A DNA stretch of 64,000 nucleotides from Bacteroidales bacterium (GTDB lineage Bacteria > Bacteroidota > Bacteroidia > Bacteroidales > VadinHA17). The stretch is from the NCBI GenBank assembly GCA_050014255.1, contig JBEKDR010000006.1, positions 7,907 to 71,906 on the forward strand, in the 5' to 3' direction. The position numbers were made by a program, and so were the translations under genes. The notes below the pieces were generated by a model, which worked only from the letters and a program-made list of their open reading frames with translations, did no database searches and was not told the DNA's origin. The first letter of the stretch is position 1; each line of letters begins with the position of its first letter. Below are positions 39,077-49,678 of the stretch, piece after piece.

Positions 39077-39874
39077 ATGAACTTAAAACAAAAATATGGC
39101 AATACAGCTATGGTAGCAGGCGCTTCAGAAGGAATCGGAGCTGCGTTTGCTACTCGTCTTGCAGCAGAAGGCATGGATCTTATACTCATTGCCCGCCGTC
39201 TTAAACCATTACAACAATTAGCTGATTTATTGGAAAGTAAATACCAGGTAAATGCAATGTGCATCTCAATCGACCTGTCAGGCATAGATGCCATACAGCA
39301 AATAGAGAAAGCATTGAATGGCCGGGAAATCAGTTTGCTGGTATATAATGCTGCGCTGTCATATATTGGTCCGTTTATTAAAAATTCTGCAGAGAATCAC
39401 TCTCAGGCAGCTCAGCTTAATATGATAACTCCGCTGAAAATGGTACAGTCATACGGAGAAAAAATGCTCATTAAAGGGAAAGGCGCAGTTGTTTTAATGA
39501 CTTCTCTGGCCGGCTTCCAGGGTAGCGGTTATTTATCGGTTTATGCAGCAACTAAAGCGTTTATCCGGATCCTGGCGGAGAGCCTCTGGTATGAGTGGAG
39601 AAACAGCGGCGTTGATGTCATAGCCTGTTGCGCTGGTGCCACCGCTACACCTGGTTATAAGAATACACATCCTGAAAAGACCGGGTTTTTGACTCCAAGG
39701 GTGCTTGAACCGGAAGAAGTGGCAGATGAATGTTTTAAGAAGTTAGGAAAACAACCCTCTTTCATTGCAGGCAGGGGAAACAGGTTGGCATCATTCGTTA
39801 TGCAAAAGATCTTTCCGCGGAAAATGGCTGTTACAATCATGGGAGATACTACAAGGAAAATGTACATGTTATAA
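39077..39874 (+). CDS. SDR family oxidoreductase (17beta-HSD3/12 or ketoacyl reductase-like)
   Basis: GASEGIG, LIARR, YNAA and YAATK. Start moved to ATG 39077. Confidence 0.88.
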   Translation: MNLKQKYGNTAMVAGASEGIGAAFATRLAAEGMDLILIARRLKPLQQLADLLESKYQVNAMCISIDLSGIDAIQQIEKALNGREISLLVYNAALSYIGPFIKNSAENHSQAAQLNMITPLKMVQSYGEKMLIKGKGAVVLMTSLAGFQGSGYLSVYAATKAFIRILAESLWYEWRNSGVDVIACCAGATATPGYKNTHPEKTGFLTPRVLEPEEVADECFKKLGKQPSFIAGRGNRLASFVMQKIFPRKMAVTIMGDTTRKMYML

Positions 39875-39922
39875 ACTTAGCGGTAAGTAGTACGGCATAC
39901 AGGATGTACGGTCATCATGCTT

Positions 39923-41002
39923 TTAATAGATGAATGGAATAATCCGGTAGGGAACTTTTTTTACATAAGTTTTCCAAAGTTCTCCGTATTTTAATGCACA
40001 TCGTTTATCGTCGTCTCTCTGACGTGCAGTTAAAAGAAAAACATAGTATAACGGATATAACCATGGCCAGATCAGAGAGGGATACCCTGTGCAAAGGATT
40101 ATACCCGATGCCATTAATATCTCACCCGAATAATTAATATGCCTGCTGAGTCCCCAGAATCCATTTACCAGCAAGGCATTATTGCCATCAGTAATCGTTT
40201 CAGGTATAATCCGGAGAAATGCTTTCCCCGGATCTTTTTTGAAAAAATACTTCTGCAAATTGGCTCCTCGTGATAAAATCCATCCGGATAAGAAAACAAT
40301 AACATATATCATTAGTAACCATCCAGGTGTATGAGGATCAGGCAAATCTACCGTAGACCATAAAAAGATCGGATAAAAGTATGGATAAAAGACGATACAT
40401 CCCCAGCCTAACTTAAATCCGACTCTTTCTGCAAATAAATCATATGTATACAGATGAACTTCTTCGAAGATAAAATAATCAACAATGAAGTAAGTAAGCA
40501 AAACTGTCGAAAGAAGGATGCCGTTTGAAGACTGATCCCCATACAACTTCAAATGGTGAGCAGTAAAACTTAATGCATTCAGTTCCAGCATAGTTGCTCC
40601 AGTCAGATACAACCACATTTTTGCATCTGCTATTCCGCCCCGGAACTGAAGGTTTTCTGTTCTGCCAAAAAACAGATCTGACAGGAAAGATTTCCTTACA
40701 GGGGGATAAATCAGTACAACTGCCAGTGAAAAAAGGACACCTGCTAAAAATGCGCCGGACAACCCATACCACCTGTAATTGTATAGCCAATCAAATGGGA
40801 TTATGTCAAAATATCCCAATAAAAACCATAATAAAACCAGGGTGAAGAACACAAGGATGCCATTAAGATGGTATCTCATTTTTTCTGCAGAATTTGTCTT
40901 ATTTACATATCCGGTCACCCATCTTCCCGGCAACAATGTATTCAGAATGAAGATCATAACAGAGACAATAATCGGAGCTAAAAATCCAAGGGTTTTATCC
41001 AT
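39923..41002 (-). CDS. ERG4/ERG24 family sterol reductase-like membrane protein
   Basis: YHLNG, EEVHLYTYDLFAERVGFKLGWG, RGANLQK..F, GFWGLSRHINYSGE and RQRDDDKRCALKYGELWKTYVKKVPYRIIPFIY. Confidence 0.85.
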   Translation of the reverse strand: MDKTLGFLAPIIVSVMIFILNTLLPGRWVTGYVNKTNSAEKMRYHLNGILVFFTLVLLWFLLGYFDIIPFDWLYNYRWYGLSGAFLAGVLFSLAVVLIYPPVRKSFLSDLFFGRTENLQFRGGIADAKMWLYLTGATMLELNALSFTAHHLKLYGDQSSNGILLSTVLLTYFIVDYFIFEEVHLYTYDLFAERVGFKLGWGCIVFYPYFYPIFLWSTVDLPDPHTPGWLLMIYVIVFLSGWILSRGANLQKYFFKKDPGKAFLRIIPETITDGNNALLVNGFWGLSRHINYSGEILMASGIILCTGYPSLIWPWLYPLYYVFLLTARQRDDDKRCALKYGELWKTYVKKVPYRIIPFIY

Positions 41003-41085
41003 AGTAAAAAGTCATGACTTAAAAATAAAATAAAAACCTCAATTAATTAGTCAAACCAGTTAAAATCTTACTAAGAGAATTTCTT

Positions 41086-41117
41086 GCTCACTTCGTTCAC
41101 TTGTCCCGGAGTCTTGA
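41086..41117 (+). repeat. 32-bp direct repeat, right of the SDR + sterol reductase block
   Basis: GCTCACTTCGTTCACTTGTCCCGGAGTCTTGA; its CTTGCTCACTTCGTTC core is also present at 21983. Confidence 0.75.
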
Positions 41118-41231
41118 GCTGCGCCTTGTCCTGCTACCTGCGGTCGCTGTCTTTAAGTCTTGCACTTTAATAGTCTTGAAGAGTCTATGTTAAAATAGTT
41201 ATATAACTTTGGAAATTATAATACAATAATT

Positions 41232-41549
41232 ATGAAAAAAGTAGTGATTAAACCTTTTAATGTAGTTGACAATACTCCTTTGCCGGAAATGTCTGTTGAT
41301 CAGATCCCTACTGATGGAGATCCACTTGAAATCAACAGAGAATTATACTATGTCTGTGAAAACATTAACAAACAACAATCTGATTCTCTAATAATTGGAG
41401 TGATCCCACTGGTTGTAAAAAATCCAGCTAAAGTTTTAAACATTGAAAATTATATCCAGTGTTTATCGATAGCTCACAGAAAAGTACAATTTAAAAATGC
41501 CAGGGGAATTTGTGACATCGAAAACTGTGATGAGATGATTATAACTTAA
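41232..41549 (+). CDS. Hypothetical protein
   Basis: 105-aa ATG ORF with an upstream TAACTTTG promoter box. Confidence 0.6.
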   Translation: MKKVVIKPFNVVDNTPLPEMSVDQIPTDGDPLEINRELYYVCENINKQQSDSLIIGVIPLVVKNPAKVLNIENYIQCLSIAHRKVQFKNARGICDIENCDEMIIT

Positions 41550-41648
41550 GATCAGTCATGCGGTCTTGCGACCTTACGGTCCTCAATATCGGGTATTCGG
41601 ATCATAGTTATTTGGTTAAGCGCTTTCTCCCTCTCTTCTATTCATGTT

Positions 41649-42899
41649 TTACATCTTGTCCTTAAGAGATAGCTTCCGAAGAGGCTTATTAACCTTAATG
41701 GTAGTAAAAACAACTGCAAGCGTCATAATACCACCGAATACTACTGAAGGTACCAGACCCATTAATTTAGCAGTAACACCAGATTCAAACGCACCTAACT
41801 CATTCGATGACCCGATAAAAATGCTGTTTACAGATGCAACCCTGCCACGCATTTCATCAGGAGTGAAAAGCTGAAGAATGGTTGCCCTTATAACAACACT
41901 TACATTATCGAAAGCTCCACTGAGAATTAACAGTACTCCCGATAAAATGAAACTTCCGGAGAGACCGAAACCTATCATACAAAGACCGAAACCAAGGACA
42001 CATATAAAAAGTATTTTTCCGGTTTCTCTCATAGGAGGACGAAACATGAGGATGAATGCCATAAATGCAGCTCCTATGGCAGGGCAGGCTCTGAGCAAAC
42101 CCAGACCCTGAGGTCCGATGTGCAATATATCTGAGGCAAATACCGGAAGCATTGCCACTGCTCCGCCGAACAGCACAGCAAACATATCGAGTGTAAAAGC
42201 TCCAAGTAATTCCGGAGTTTTAAATACAAAGTTTATCCCGCTTCTTATACGCGTAAATACGCCTTCATCTGTTTCAATCACTTCATGCCTGCCGACTTTT
42301 ATCAGCATTATCATAAAGAACGAAAGCGTATATAAAGCTAATACCAGTGAATAAGCCGGTATAATCCCCAAAAACCCATAGACAAGGCCTCCGATTGCCG
42401 GTCCCATTACTGCTGCGACCTGCCAGTTGGCACTATTCCATGTAGCTGCATTTGCATATAAATTCCTCGGTACAAGCTGGCCTAAGAGTGCAACCTGGGC
42501 AGGACCTAATATTCCTCGTGCCAGTCCGGTTAAAAAGATAGTGACGAAAATTGGAATGATTCCGAATTTTCCGGAGAAATATGTTGCATCTGAACTATAG
42601 ATCAACAGAATTACAGCACCCAGGATAAGTAAAAGAGTAGTATAATTAACAATTTTGCGGCGGTTCCATAAATCGATATAATGCCCGGCAAAGAGAGATA
42701 TACTCACCTGCGGAATAACCTCAGCCAGGCCAATAAAGCCCAGCCAGAGAACATTGTGAGACAAAGCATATATTTGCCATCCTACAATAACCGATTGCAT
42801 AAGGCTTGCCATCGTCATAAAAATGCGATAGGAAAGATAAAACCGGAAGTTTTTAATATGTATTACTGCAAACGCTTCACCGGTAAACCACGACTTCAT
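41649..42899 (-). CDS. MFS transporter (EntS/MFS_3-like)
   Basis: About 12 TMs; LDMFAVLFGG and RGRVASVNSIFIGSSNELGAFESG. Confidence 0.9.
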   Translation of the reverse strand: MKSWFTGEAFAVIHIKNFRFYLSYRIFMTMASLMQSVIVGWQIYALSHNVLWLGFIGLAEVIPQVSISLFAGHYIDLWNRRKIVNYTTLLLILGAVILLIYSSDATYFSGKFGIIPIFVTIFLTGLARGILGPAQVALLGQLVPRNLYANAATWNSANWQVAAVMGPAIGGLVYGFLGIIPAYSLVLALYTLSFFMIMLIKVGRHEVIETDEGVFTRIRSGINFVFKTPELLGAFTLDMFAVLFGGAVAMLPVFASDILHIGPQGLGLLRACPAIGAAFMAFILMFRPPMRETGKILFICVLGFGLCMIGFGLSGSFILSGVLLILSGAFDNVSVVIRATILQLFTPDEMRGRVASVNSIFIGSSNELGAFESGVTAKLMGLVPSVVFGGIMTLAVVFTTIKVNKPLRKLSLKDKM

Positions 42900-43011
42900 A
42901 TCAATTTATTTTCGCGGATAAAAATGCGAATAAATTATGAATCAGTAATGATTTACAATAAAAACTATCTACTGTAAAGTCGAAAGATTTGCGGTTTCAA
43001 GTTTGAAATAT

Positions 43012-43063
43012 TAGTTACACAGAGACGCACAGAGGGTCCACAAAGCGTCACAGAGAAAATCAA
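43012..43063 (+). repeat. CACAGAG decamer array, left copy
   Basis: TTACACAGAG ACG CACAGAG GGTC CACAAAG CGT CACAGAG AAAATCAA. Confidence 0.75.
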
Positions 43064-43180
43064 TTAATTTCCGGATTAAATGCTAAATCAACTTTTTTCT
43101 TACCTTTCCTACTGGATTGAAAAAGGTTATTCATCCTGCTGACTTAATTTGCCTTACATAAAAATTAAAACGACATAAGA

Positions 43181-44521
43181 ATGAAAACGATCTCACTCCT
43201 CTCTTTATTAATCATTTTCACTGCCTGTGTACAGGAAAATAAAACTGCTTCCAATAAGTTAAACGCCGGGTCAGAATTACAGGGAACCGGTAATTTGAAG
43301 GAACCTTCAATACGTGATACTCAGATAGTTTCAGTTGTTAATCCTCTTATCGCGGAAAAGAGGATTACCGTTGGAGGAGCCAATGCCGATATACATGGTT
43401 ATACCTCTGAGGCAATTCAGACTGCTATTGATGCCTTACACAATTCCTGCAACAGCGGTACCGTTGTTCTTTTACCCGGAACCTATGACATTATTGCCCC
43501 GGTAAGATTATATGATAACATGTCCCTGGTCGGGTCAGGTCCAAATACACTATTAAAGAAATGCAAGGGTTTCCGGTCCCCTTTTGCACTTGATGCTGAC
43601 TACGGCGAACTTCAGATCACTGTTGCCGATGCCTCGGGTTTCAAATCCGGAATGGGTGTTGCTGTCTACGACGATGGACAGCGATCGGGATGGGACCTCA
43701 CAACGGCTAAGATAACAGGAATAAAAGGCAACATCATCTATATCGATGATTATCTCGTTCGCGATTATCATGCCGACAAAAACGGTACTGTATCGAACAA
43801 TTGTTCGGTGATTGCCGCCATAAACGCAGAGAATGTAAGGGTCGCCAATCTTACTGTTGATGGCAGCAGGGAAAGCAATGATGTGATCGACGGTTGTCGT
43901 GCGGGAGGTATCTACCTTCACAAAGTACATAAGGCAATTGTTGAAAACGTCACAGTTAAGAACTTTAACTGCGATGGAATCAGCTGGCAGATAACTGAAT
44001 ATGTAACTGTGCGCAACTGCGAAGTTTATGGTTGTGCGAACAGCGGATTGCACCCGGGAACCGGATCTCCTTTCACCCTTATTGAAGGGAATAACAGTCA
44101 TAATAATGACGGTTACGGACTCTTTGTATGCTGGCGAGTACGGAATGGGAAGGTCACGAATAACAGTTTTCATAACAATGGCATTAATGGCATTAGTACA
44201 GGACATAAGGACACAGATATGCTATATGCAGATAATCATATATATGAAAACGGTTCGGACGGAATTCAACTGCGCGGGGAGTTGACTGATAATGCACCTC
44301 ACAGAAGTATCTTTAAAAACAATCTGATCGAAAACAACGGGATTAAAGAAAAAGGATACGGAATATCGGTGAATTGTAAAGCGGAAGGTGTAGTGCTTGA
44401 AGACAATATCATCCGCAATATGGGAACTGGGAAGCAGGTTGCCGCATTGTTGCTGACTGCAAATAGCCTGCCGGTCGAATTGAAAAACAATAAAATCAGC
44501 GGACACCCTGAAACGAAGTAG
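43181..44521 (+). CDS. Lipoprotein with right-handed parallel beta-helix (pectate lyase-like)
   Basis: Lipobox FTAC; AIQTAID..GTVVLLPGTY; many N.I..N..DGI repeats. Confidence 0.85.
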   Translation: MKTISLLSLLIIFTACVQENKTASNKLNAGSELQGTGNLKEPSIRDTQIVSVVNPLIAEKRITVGGANADIHGYTSEAIQTAIDALHNSCNSGTVVLLPGTYDIIAPVRLYDNMSLVGSGPNTLLKKCKGFRSPFALDADYGELQITVADASGFKSGMGVAVYDDGQRSGWDLTTAKITGIKGNIIYIDDYLVRDYHADKNGTVSNNCSVIAAINAENVRVANLTVDGSRESNDVIDGCRAGGIYLHKVHKAIVENVTVKNFNCDGISWQITEYVTVRNCEVYGCANSGLHPGTGSPFTLIEGNNSHNNDGYGLFVCWRVRNGKVTNNSFHNNGINGISTGHKDTDMLYADNHIYENGSDGIQLRGELTDNAPHRSIFKNNLIENNGIKEKGYGISVNCKAEGVVLEDNIIRNMGTGKQVAALLLTANSLPVELKNNKISGHPETK

Positions 44522-44701
44522 CCACAAAAAGACACAGCGACTTTCACATAATAAGACTCCGACGCATTTTTAAGTTGATTTATTATCAATTCTACTAAAG
44601 TGCTTGAAATTATTTGCACAAACGGACTCTTTTATTTACTTTTCACGAATTAATCCACTATATTAAATTAGATTATTACTTTAATACTTAATAGTCTGCT
44701 G

Positions 44702-45931
44702 ATGAGAAATTTTTCACTTGATAAAAGTAAGATCAAAGTTCTTTTATTGGAAGGGATCCACGAGAATGCCAGCCGGTTCTTCAGGGAAAATGGCTATACC
44801 GATGTTGAATGCCTGAATGGAGCTCTATCCGGCGATGAGCTGGAAAAAAAATTACAGACTATCCATATAATAGGGATCAGAAGCCGTACTGAACTTCGTA
44901 AAGACCTGCTGCTCATGACTCCTAAACTATTTGCTATCGGATGTTTCAGCATAGGTACAAACCAGGTGGATATTCAGGATGCCAAAATGCTGGGCATACC
45001 CGTATTTAATGCCCCTTTCTCAAATACCCGTTCTGTAGCGGAACTTGTAATAGCCGAGTGTATCATGCTAATGCGGGGCATTCCCGAAAAAAATGCCCTG
45101 GCTCACAAAAAAATATGGATGAAATCATTCAATAACTCGGTGGAAGTAAGAGGGAAAACCCTTGGGATTATAGGATATGGACATATAGGTTCCCAGGTTT
45201 CTATACTTGCCGAAAGCCTTGGTATGAAGATTGTCTATTATGATATTGAAAAGAAACTCAGTCTGGGTAATTCGAAACATGTAGCATGTTTGAACGACCT
45301 GTTAAAGATTTCTGATACAATAACTATTCATGTGCCTTTAACAGAATTAACAAGGAATATGATTTCGACAGACCAGATTGCCCTCATGAAAAAGGGAGCA
45401 TGTCTGATCAATGCATCCCGTGGTGATGTTGTCGACTATAAGGCAGTCGCTGAAGGACTAAGAATGAAACACCTGGCCGGAGTTGCAGCTGATGTTTTTC
45501 CAAAAGAGCCTTCCTCGAATGATAAACCATTTGAGATTGATCTCCAGAATTTTGATAATGTAATTCTTACACCCCATATAGCAGGAAGTACGCTCGAAGC
45601 ACTGGCCAATATAGGACTGGAGGTGGCTGAAAAGCTTGTAAGATACAGTGACACAGGTTCCACCATCGGTGCAGTAAACTTCGTCGAGATTGCGCTTCAG
45701 GCTAATTCCTCCAAACAACGTTTTTTACATATTCATAAGAATGTTCCCGGTGTTCTGGGTGAGATAAACCACTATTTTTCTTCAAGGGGTATTAATATTT
45801 CAGCCGAATACCTGCAGACTGATGCTGACCTCGGTTATGTTATCCTTGAAACTGATACTGAACTTGATCCGTCGGTTCTTAAGGATCTTAAGAATATTCC
45901 AAATACGATCCGGGTAAGGATCCTGTATTAA
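44702..45931 (+). CDS. serA: D-3-phosphoglycerate dehydrogenase (E. coli type, with ACT domain)
   Basis: GIRSRT, NAPFSNTRSVAEL, GYGHIG, LTPHIAGST and HKNVPGVL. Confidence 0.95.
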   Translation: MRNFSLDKSKIKVLLLEGIHENASRFFRENGYTDVECLNGALSGDELEKKLQTIHIIGIRSRTELRKDLLLMTPKLFAIGCFSIGTNQVDIQDAKMLGIPVFNAPFSNTRSVAELVIAECIMLMRGIPEKNALAHKKIWMKSFNNSVEVRGKTLGIIGYGHIGSQVSILAESLGMKIVYYDIEKKLSLGNSKHVACLNDLLKISDTITIHVPLTELTRNMISTDQIALMKKGACLINASRGDVVDYKAVAEGLRMKHLAGVAADVFPKEPSSNDKPFEIDLQNFDNVILTPHIAGSTLEALANIGLEVAEKLVRYSDTGSTIGAVNFVEIALQANSSKQRFLHIHKNVPGVLGEINHYFSSRGINISAEYLQTDADLGYVILETDTELDPSVLKDLKNIPNTIRVRILY

Positions 45932-45936
45932 TGTTT

Positions 45937-46042
45937 TTGATTTTCTCTGTGAACCTCTGTGTGCCTCTGTGAAGCTCTGTGTAAATTCTTATTTCATAGT
46001 TACACAGAGAACCACAGAGAAAGAGGCAGAGAACCACAGAGG
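45937..46042. repeat. Back-to-back CACAGAG decamer arrays
   Basis: 45937-45984 is an inverted counterpart of 43015-43063; 45997-46042 starts TAGTTACACAGAGA, as 43012 does. Confidence 0.78.
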
Positions 46043-46052
46043 TCAATATAAT

Positions 46053-48278
46053 TTATCTTCCTCCGGGAGGGCAATTCTTCCATAGGTAGCTGGTATAAAG
46101 AGTAGCCAGGTGAATAAAAGTGCCTTCTCCTTCTGAAATACCATGAGTGCGGTTCGGATAGGCCATAAACTGAAATTGCTTATTGTATTTGATCAGCTCA
46201 TTGAGAAGCATTTCGGCATTCTGATAGTGTACATTATCATCACCGGTTCCGTGGATATACAGCAGGTTTCCTTTAAGGTTTTTTGCATAGGTTATCGGTG
46301 ATCCTTTTATATAATCATCCATGTTTTCCTGTGGTAGTCCCATATAACGTTCCTGGTAAATATTGTCGTAAGTGAGCTCATTGGCCACAGCAGCTATTGC
46401 TATTCCGGTTTTGTATATCTCAGGGTACTGGAACATCAGGTTCAAGGTGGCAGATCCTCCTCCGCTCCATCCCCAAACAGCAATTCTTTCAGGATCAACA
46501 AAATCCCATTTCAAAATTTCTTTGGCGGCCATGGCCTGGTCGTGGATGTTGATCTGTCCTATTTTTTTGTAAATTGATTTTCTCCACGCCGCTCCTTTCG
46601 GTGCAGGTGTACCCCTGTTGTCGAGTGAAATGTAAATGTACCCGTCTTTAGCCATATCTCCCAGGTAAAGGAAGTTCCGGAATCTGCCAAAAGAATCTGT
46701 CACAGTAGCTTCGAAAGGTTCGGTGTACACATAAAATACTACAGGATATCTCTTTGACGGATCAAAGTTCAGAGGTTTTACCATCCATCCATCCATTTCA
46801 ACACTGTCAACCGTTTTAATTTTGAAGAATTCGGCAACAGGCTTAACCTTAAGTGAATCGAGCCTGGAGATAATACTCTCTTTTTCATTTAATGGTTTCT
46901 GATTGGCTACTGTTATAAACTCTTGTGCCGGACGTGTAAAACTGTTTGAGAATGAATGAGCAGCATATTTGCCATTGGGAGAGAAGGAATAACTATGAGT
47001 TCCCTTTAAAGATGACGGACTTACTAACCCGGCTTTACCTTTTCCATCCAGCCTGGTTCGATACAGATAATTCTGTGTTGCATTTTCGGGAGAAGCCATA
47101 AAATATACGTACCCCTTTTTCTGGTCGACATATGTTATGTCAGTAAAATCATATTTGCCATTTGTAACAAGTATTTCCGGTTTCCCTTCGAGGGATACCT
47201 GGTACAAATGCCTCCAGCCGTCTTTTTCAGAATCCCATAGAATACTATTTGTTTCATTCAGCCAGATAAATTTATTGGTAAAGTCAATGGAATAAGGGTT
47301 TCCGGGCTGATAGATATCAACCCAGGCCTTATCGGTTTCTTCCTCAATAACCCTGGAATTACCGCTCGCAGTTTCAGAAATATAGAGTTTGCTGGAGTTC
47401 TGTTTACGATTAAGTTGCTGAATCAGCAGATTATCAGTTGAAGGGATAAACTCTACTCTTACGAGATAGTTTTGAGCGGGGTCGCCCGGGATATTCATCC
47501 ATGTGGTTTTGGTATCTTCAATATTTACAACGCCTACCCTGCAGGCCGACGGTTTCTCTCCGACTTTAGGATATTCAATAGGAATAACACGGGAGTATAT
47601 GGAATCGGTGTTATTAATCAGGTAGTACTTTCTGATGCTGCTTGCGTCAATTTGCCAAAAGGCAATTTTTTTACTATCGGGGCTCCAGCGAAATCCGTCA
47701 CGGCAGTCAAATTCTTCTTCATAAACCCAGTCGAATGTACCATTGATAAGTGTTATAGAACCATCATGTGTCAGGGTTTTAATTTGTGAAGTAGCCAAAT
47801 CTTCAACATAAATATTGTTTCCGCTGACATAGGCAACAGAATTCCCATCAGGGGAAAATTTGGCGAACATTAATGAAGATGCTGGAAGGGATTTTCCCAA
47901 TTGACTAAGAGAACCTGATTTCTTGTCGAGCATCCAGTAATCACCTTTTGTATTCAGTCTCCAGACTCTTTTGGTATTTGTAAACAGCAACACTTTTTGC
48001 TGGTCACCCGAAAAAGAATAGTAACTGAATTGAAGCGGGTTCGCACTCCCCATGGGAGTAAGCTGTTGTTTTGATAATACCACTACCGGCTTATTATCAG
48101 GAAGTGTGTACTGAACGAGTTCATTTTTTTCAAGCTTATAATAGGAATTCCCATCGACCGACCACCTTATATCCCCTACCTGAGAACTGGCAATTAATGT
48201 AATGAACAGAACCATTACAGAGATCACAAATACTTTTATTCCTGTTCTGTTTTTGATAAAAATTTCAGATTTAAACAT
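46053..48278 (-). CDS. S9B family dipeptidyl peptidase IV
   Basis: DWVYEEE, GWSGGG nucleophile motif, HGTGDDNVH and YPNRTH. Confidence 0.93.
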   Translation of the reverse strand: MFKSEIFIKNRTGIKVFVISVMVLFITLIASSQVGDIRWSVDGNSYYKLEKNELVQYTLPDNKPVVVLSKQQLTPMGSANPLQFSYYSFSGDQQKVLLFTNTKRVWRLNTKGDYWMLDKKSGSLSQLGKSLPASSLMFAKFSPDGNSVAYVSGNNIYVEDLATSQIKTLTHDGSITLINGTFDWVYEEEFDCRDGFRWSPDSKKIAFWQIDASSIRKYYLINNTDSIYSRVIPIEYPKVGEKPSACRVGVVNIEDTKTTWMNIPGDPAQNYLVRVEFIPSTDNLLIQQLNRKQNSSKLYISETASGNSRVIEEETDKAWVDIYQPGNPYSIDFTNKFIWLNETNSILWDSEKDGWRHLYQVSLEGKPEILVTNGKYDFTDITYVDQKKGYVYFMASPENATQNYLYRTRLDGKGKAGLVSPSSLKGTHSYSFSPNGKYAAHSFSNSFTRPAQEFITVANQKPLNEKESIISRLDSLKVKPVAEFFKIKTVDSVEMDGWMVKPLNFDPSKRYPVVFYVYTEPFEATVTDSFGRFRNFLYLGDMAKDGYIYISLDNRGTPAPKGAAWRKSIYKKIGQINIHDQAMAAKEILKWDFVDPERIAVWGWSGGGSATLNLMFQYPEIYKTGIAIAAVANELTYDNIYQERYMGLPQENMDDYIKGSPITYAKNLKGNLLYIHGTGDDNVHYQNAEMLLNELIKYNKQFQFMAYPNRTHGISEGEGTFIHLATLYTSYLWKNCPPGGR

Positions 48279-48340
48279 ATTTAAAGATTTTAAGACTGAT
48301 CAGAATAAATTTAAGAGTGACGTTTTTATATAAGCCTCAT

Positions 48341-49606
48341 TCAGGAATATTTTCTATTAAACGATTTTATAGTATCACTCTCAAGAGGATGTCGGGGAGC
48401 AATAATTGACATCTCTCCTTTTAAAACATTAAATAGCTCCGGAAGCTGATCCAACCCGGACTTAAGAAGGAATCTTCCTATTTTTGTAATACGGGGATCA
48501 TCTTCTACCTCAGATCCGGTGCCATTTATTTTAGATTCAGGATAAAAGCTTTTTCGTTCGGCATTTAAAAACATTGTTCTGAATCTGTAGATCTTGATCT
48601 GACGACCTCTCCACCCGATTTTAGAAAGTCTGCTTATTATCGGACCTCGCGATGTAAGCTTTATAAGAACACCTATAATAATGAAAACAGGCGACAAGAC
48701 AATAATCATTAAAAGAGCAATATTAATATCTGTCGTTTTCTTTATTGCGAGTGCATAGGAATTATTTGGAATGTTGATAAAACTCAGAAATTTATCGTCT
48801 GCAATATCGGTTTTGACAGCGCTTGAAAGGCTTGCTTTGGGAAAGGTAGATTTTAGTCTGAAGGTTACTCCAAGATCTTCACATGTAGCGAGAATTTCTC
48901 TTACTTTAGAGGTATCAGGATTCTCTTTTAAATAGTGTACTTCATCAACGAAATCCACTTCTATCAAATCTCCTATTATTCCGGAAAATTTTTCTGGCAG
49001 TATAATCGAAATGTTTTCATATTTAGCTTTAACCAGAGCAGATTCAGTGAATATTACTACAGCTTTGTATCCTAATTTTTTATTTGATAAAAGATTTTCT
49101 ATAAAAGCCAGAGAAGAATCGTCGGCGATTATGATAACAACTATATGATTTTGACCCTTTTCACCAAATCTCTTAAGAACATTATAAATTAATATCCTTC
49201 CAAAAAACAGGAAAAGAAATCCAAAGAATGGAAGTTCTGCCAGAAAGAGTCTCCGAACAAGGTATAAACGGAAGAAAAAATAAGAAATAGTCAGTAAATA
49301 AAAAACCGCGATCGAAGATTGCAGGTATAATAATGACAGAACCTTATAACGTTTTGTAGGGATCCCGGTACTTCTGACCAGGTACAGTATAAGAAGCCAG
49401 AAAGGTAAAATCCCGATAAAAAAGATAAATATGTTTTTATCATTAAAAAAGAAATCTCCATTTACAAAATAATTGACAAAATATGAAGACTGGAAAGCTA
49501 ACAGAATTGCTATAACATCCAGGAAACTCAATAAAAGATTCATGAGATTCCGTCTCTTCACCCCAGGATTTTTATGAAACCTATAATTATTAGTAAAAAC
49601 ATCCAT
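48341..49606 (-). CDS. WcaJ-like polyprenyl-phosphate glycosylphosphotransferase, degenerate and C-terminally truncated
   Basis: 4 TMs, CoA-binding-like domain, RFRTM and DDPRIT; DQLPE in place of DELPQ, APRH in place of GPRP; stops 15 aa later. Confidence 0.75.
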   Translation of the reverse strand: MDVFTNNYRFHKNPGVKRRNLMNLLLSFLDVIAILLAFQSSYFVNYFVNGDFFFNDKNIFIFFIGILPFWLLILYLVRSTGIPTKRYKVLSLLYLQSSIAVFYLLTISYFFFRLYLVRRLFLAELPFFGFLFLFFGRILIYNVLKRFGEKGQNHIVVIIIADDSSLAFIENLLSNKKLGYKAVVIFTESALVKAKYENISIILPEKFSGIIGDLIEVDFVDEVHYLKENPDTSKVREILATCEDLGVTFRLKSTFPKASLSSAVKTDIADDKFLSFINIPNNSYALAIKKTTDINIALLMIIVLSPVFIIIGVLIKLTSRGPIISRLSKIGWRGRQIKIYRFRTMFLNAERKSFYPESKINGTGSEVEDDPRITKIGRFLLKSGLDQLPELFNVLKGEMSIIAPRHPLESDTIKSFNRKYS

Positions 49607-49678
49607 AAACGAGAATGCCTTGTTTCAGGTATTTTGCGTCATTTATAAATACTATGCTCAACGCAACGAAAGTAATAA

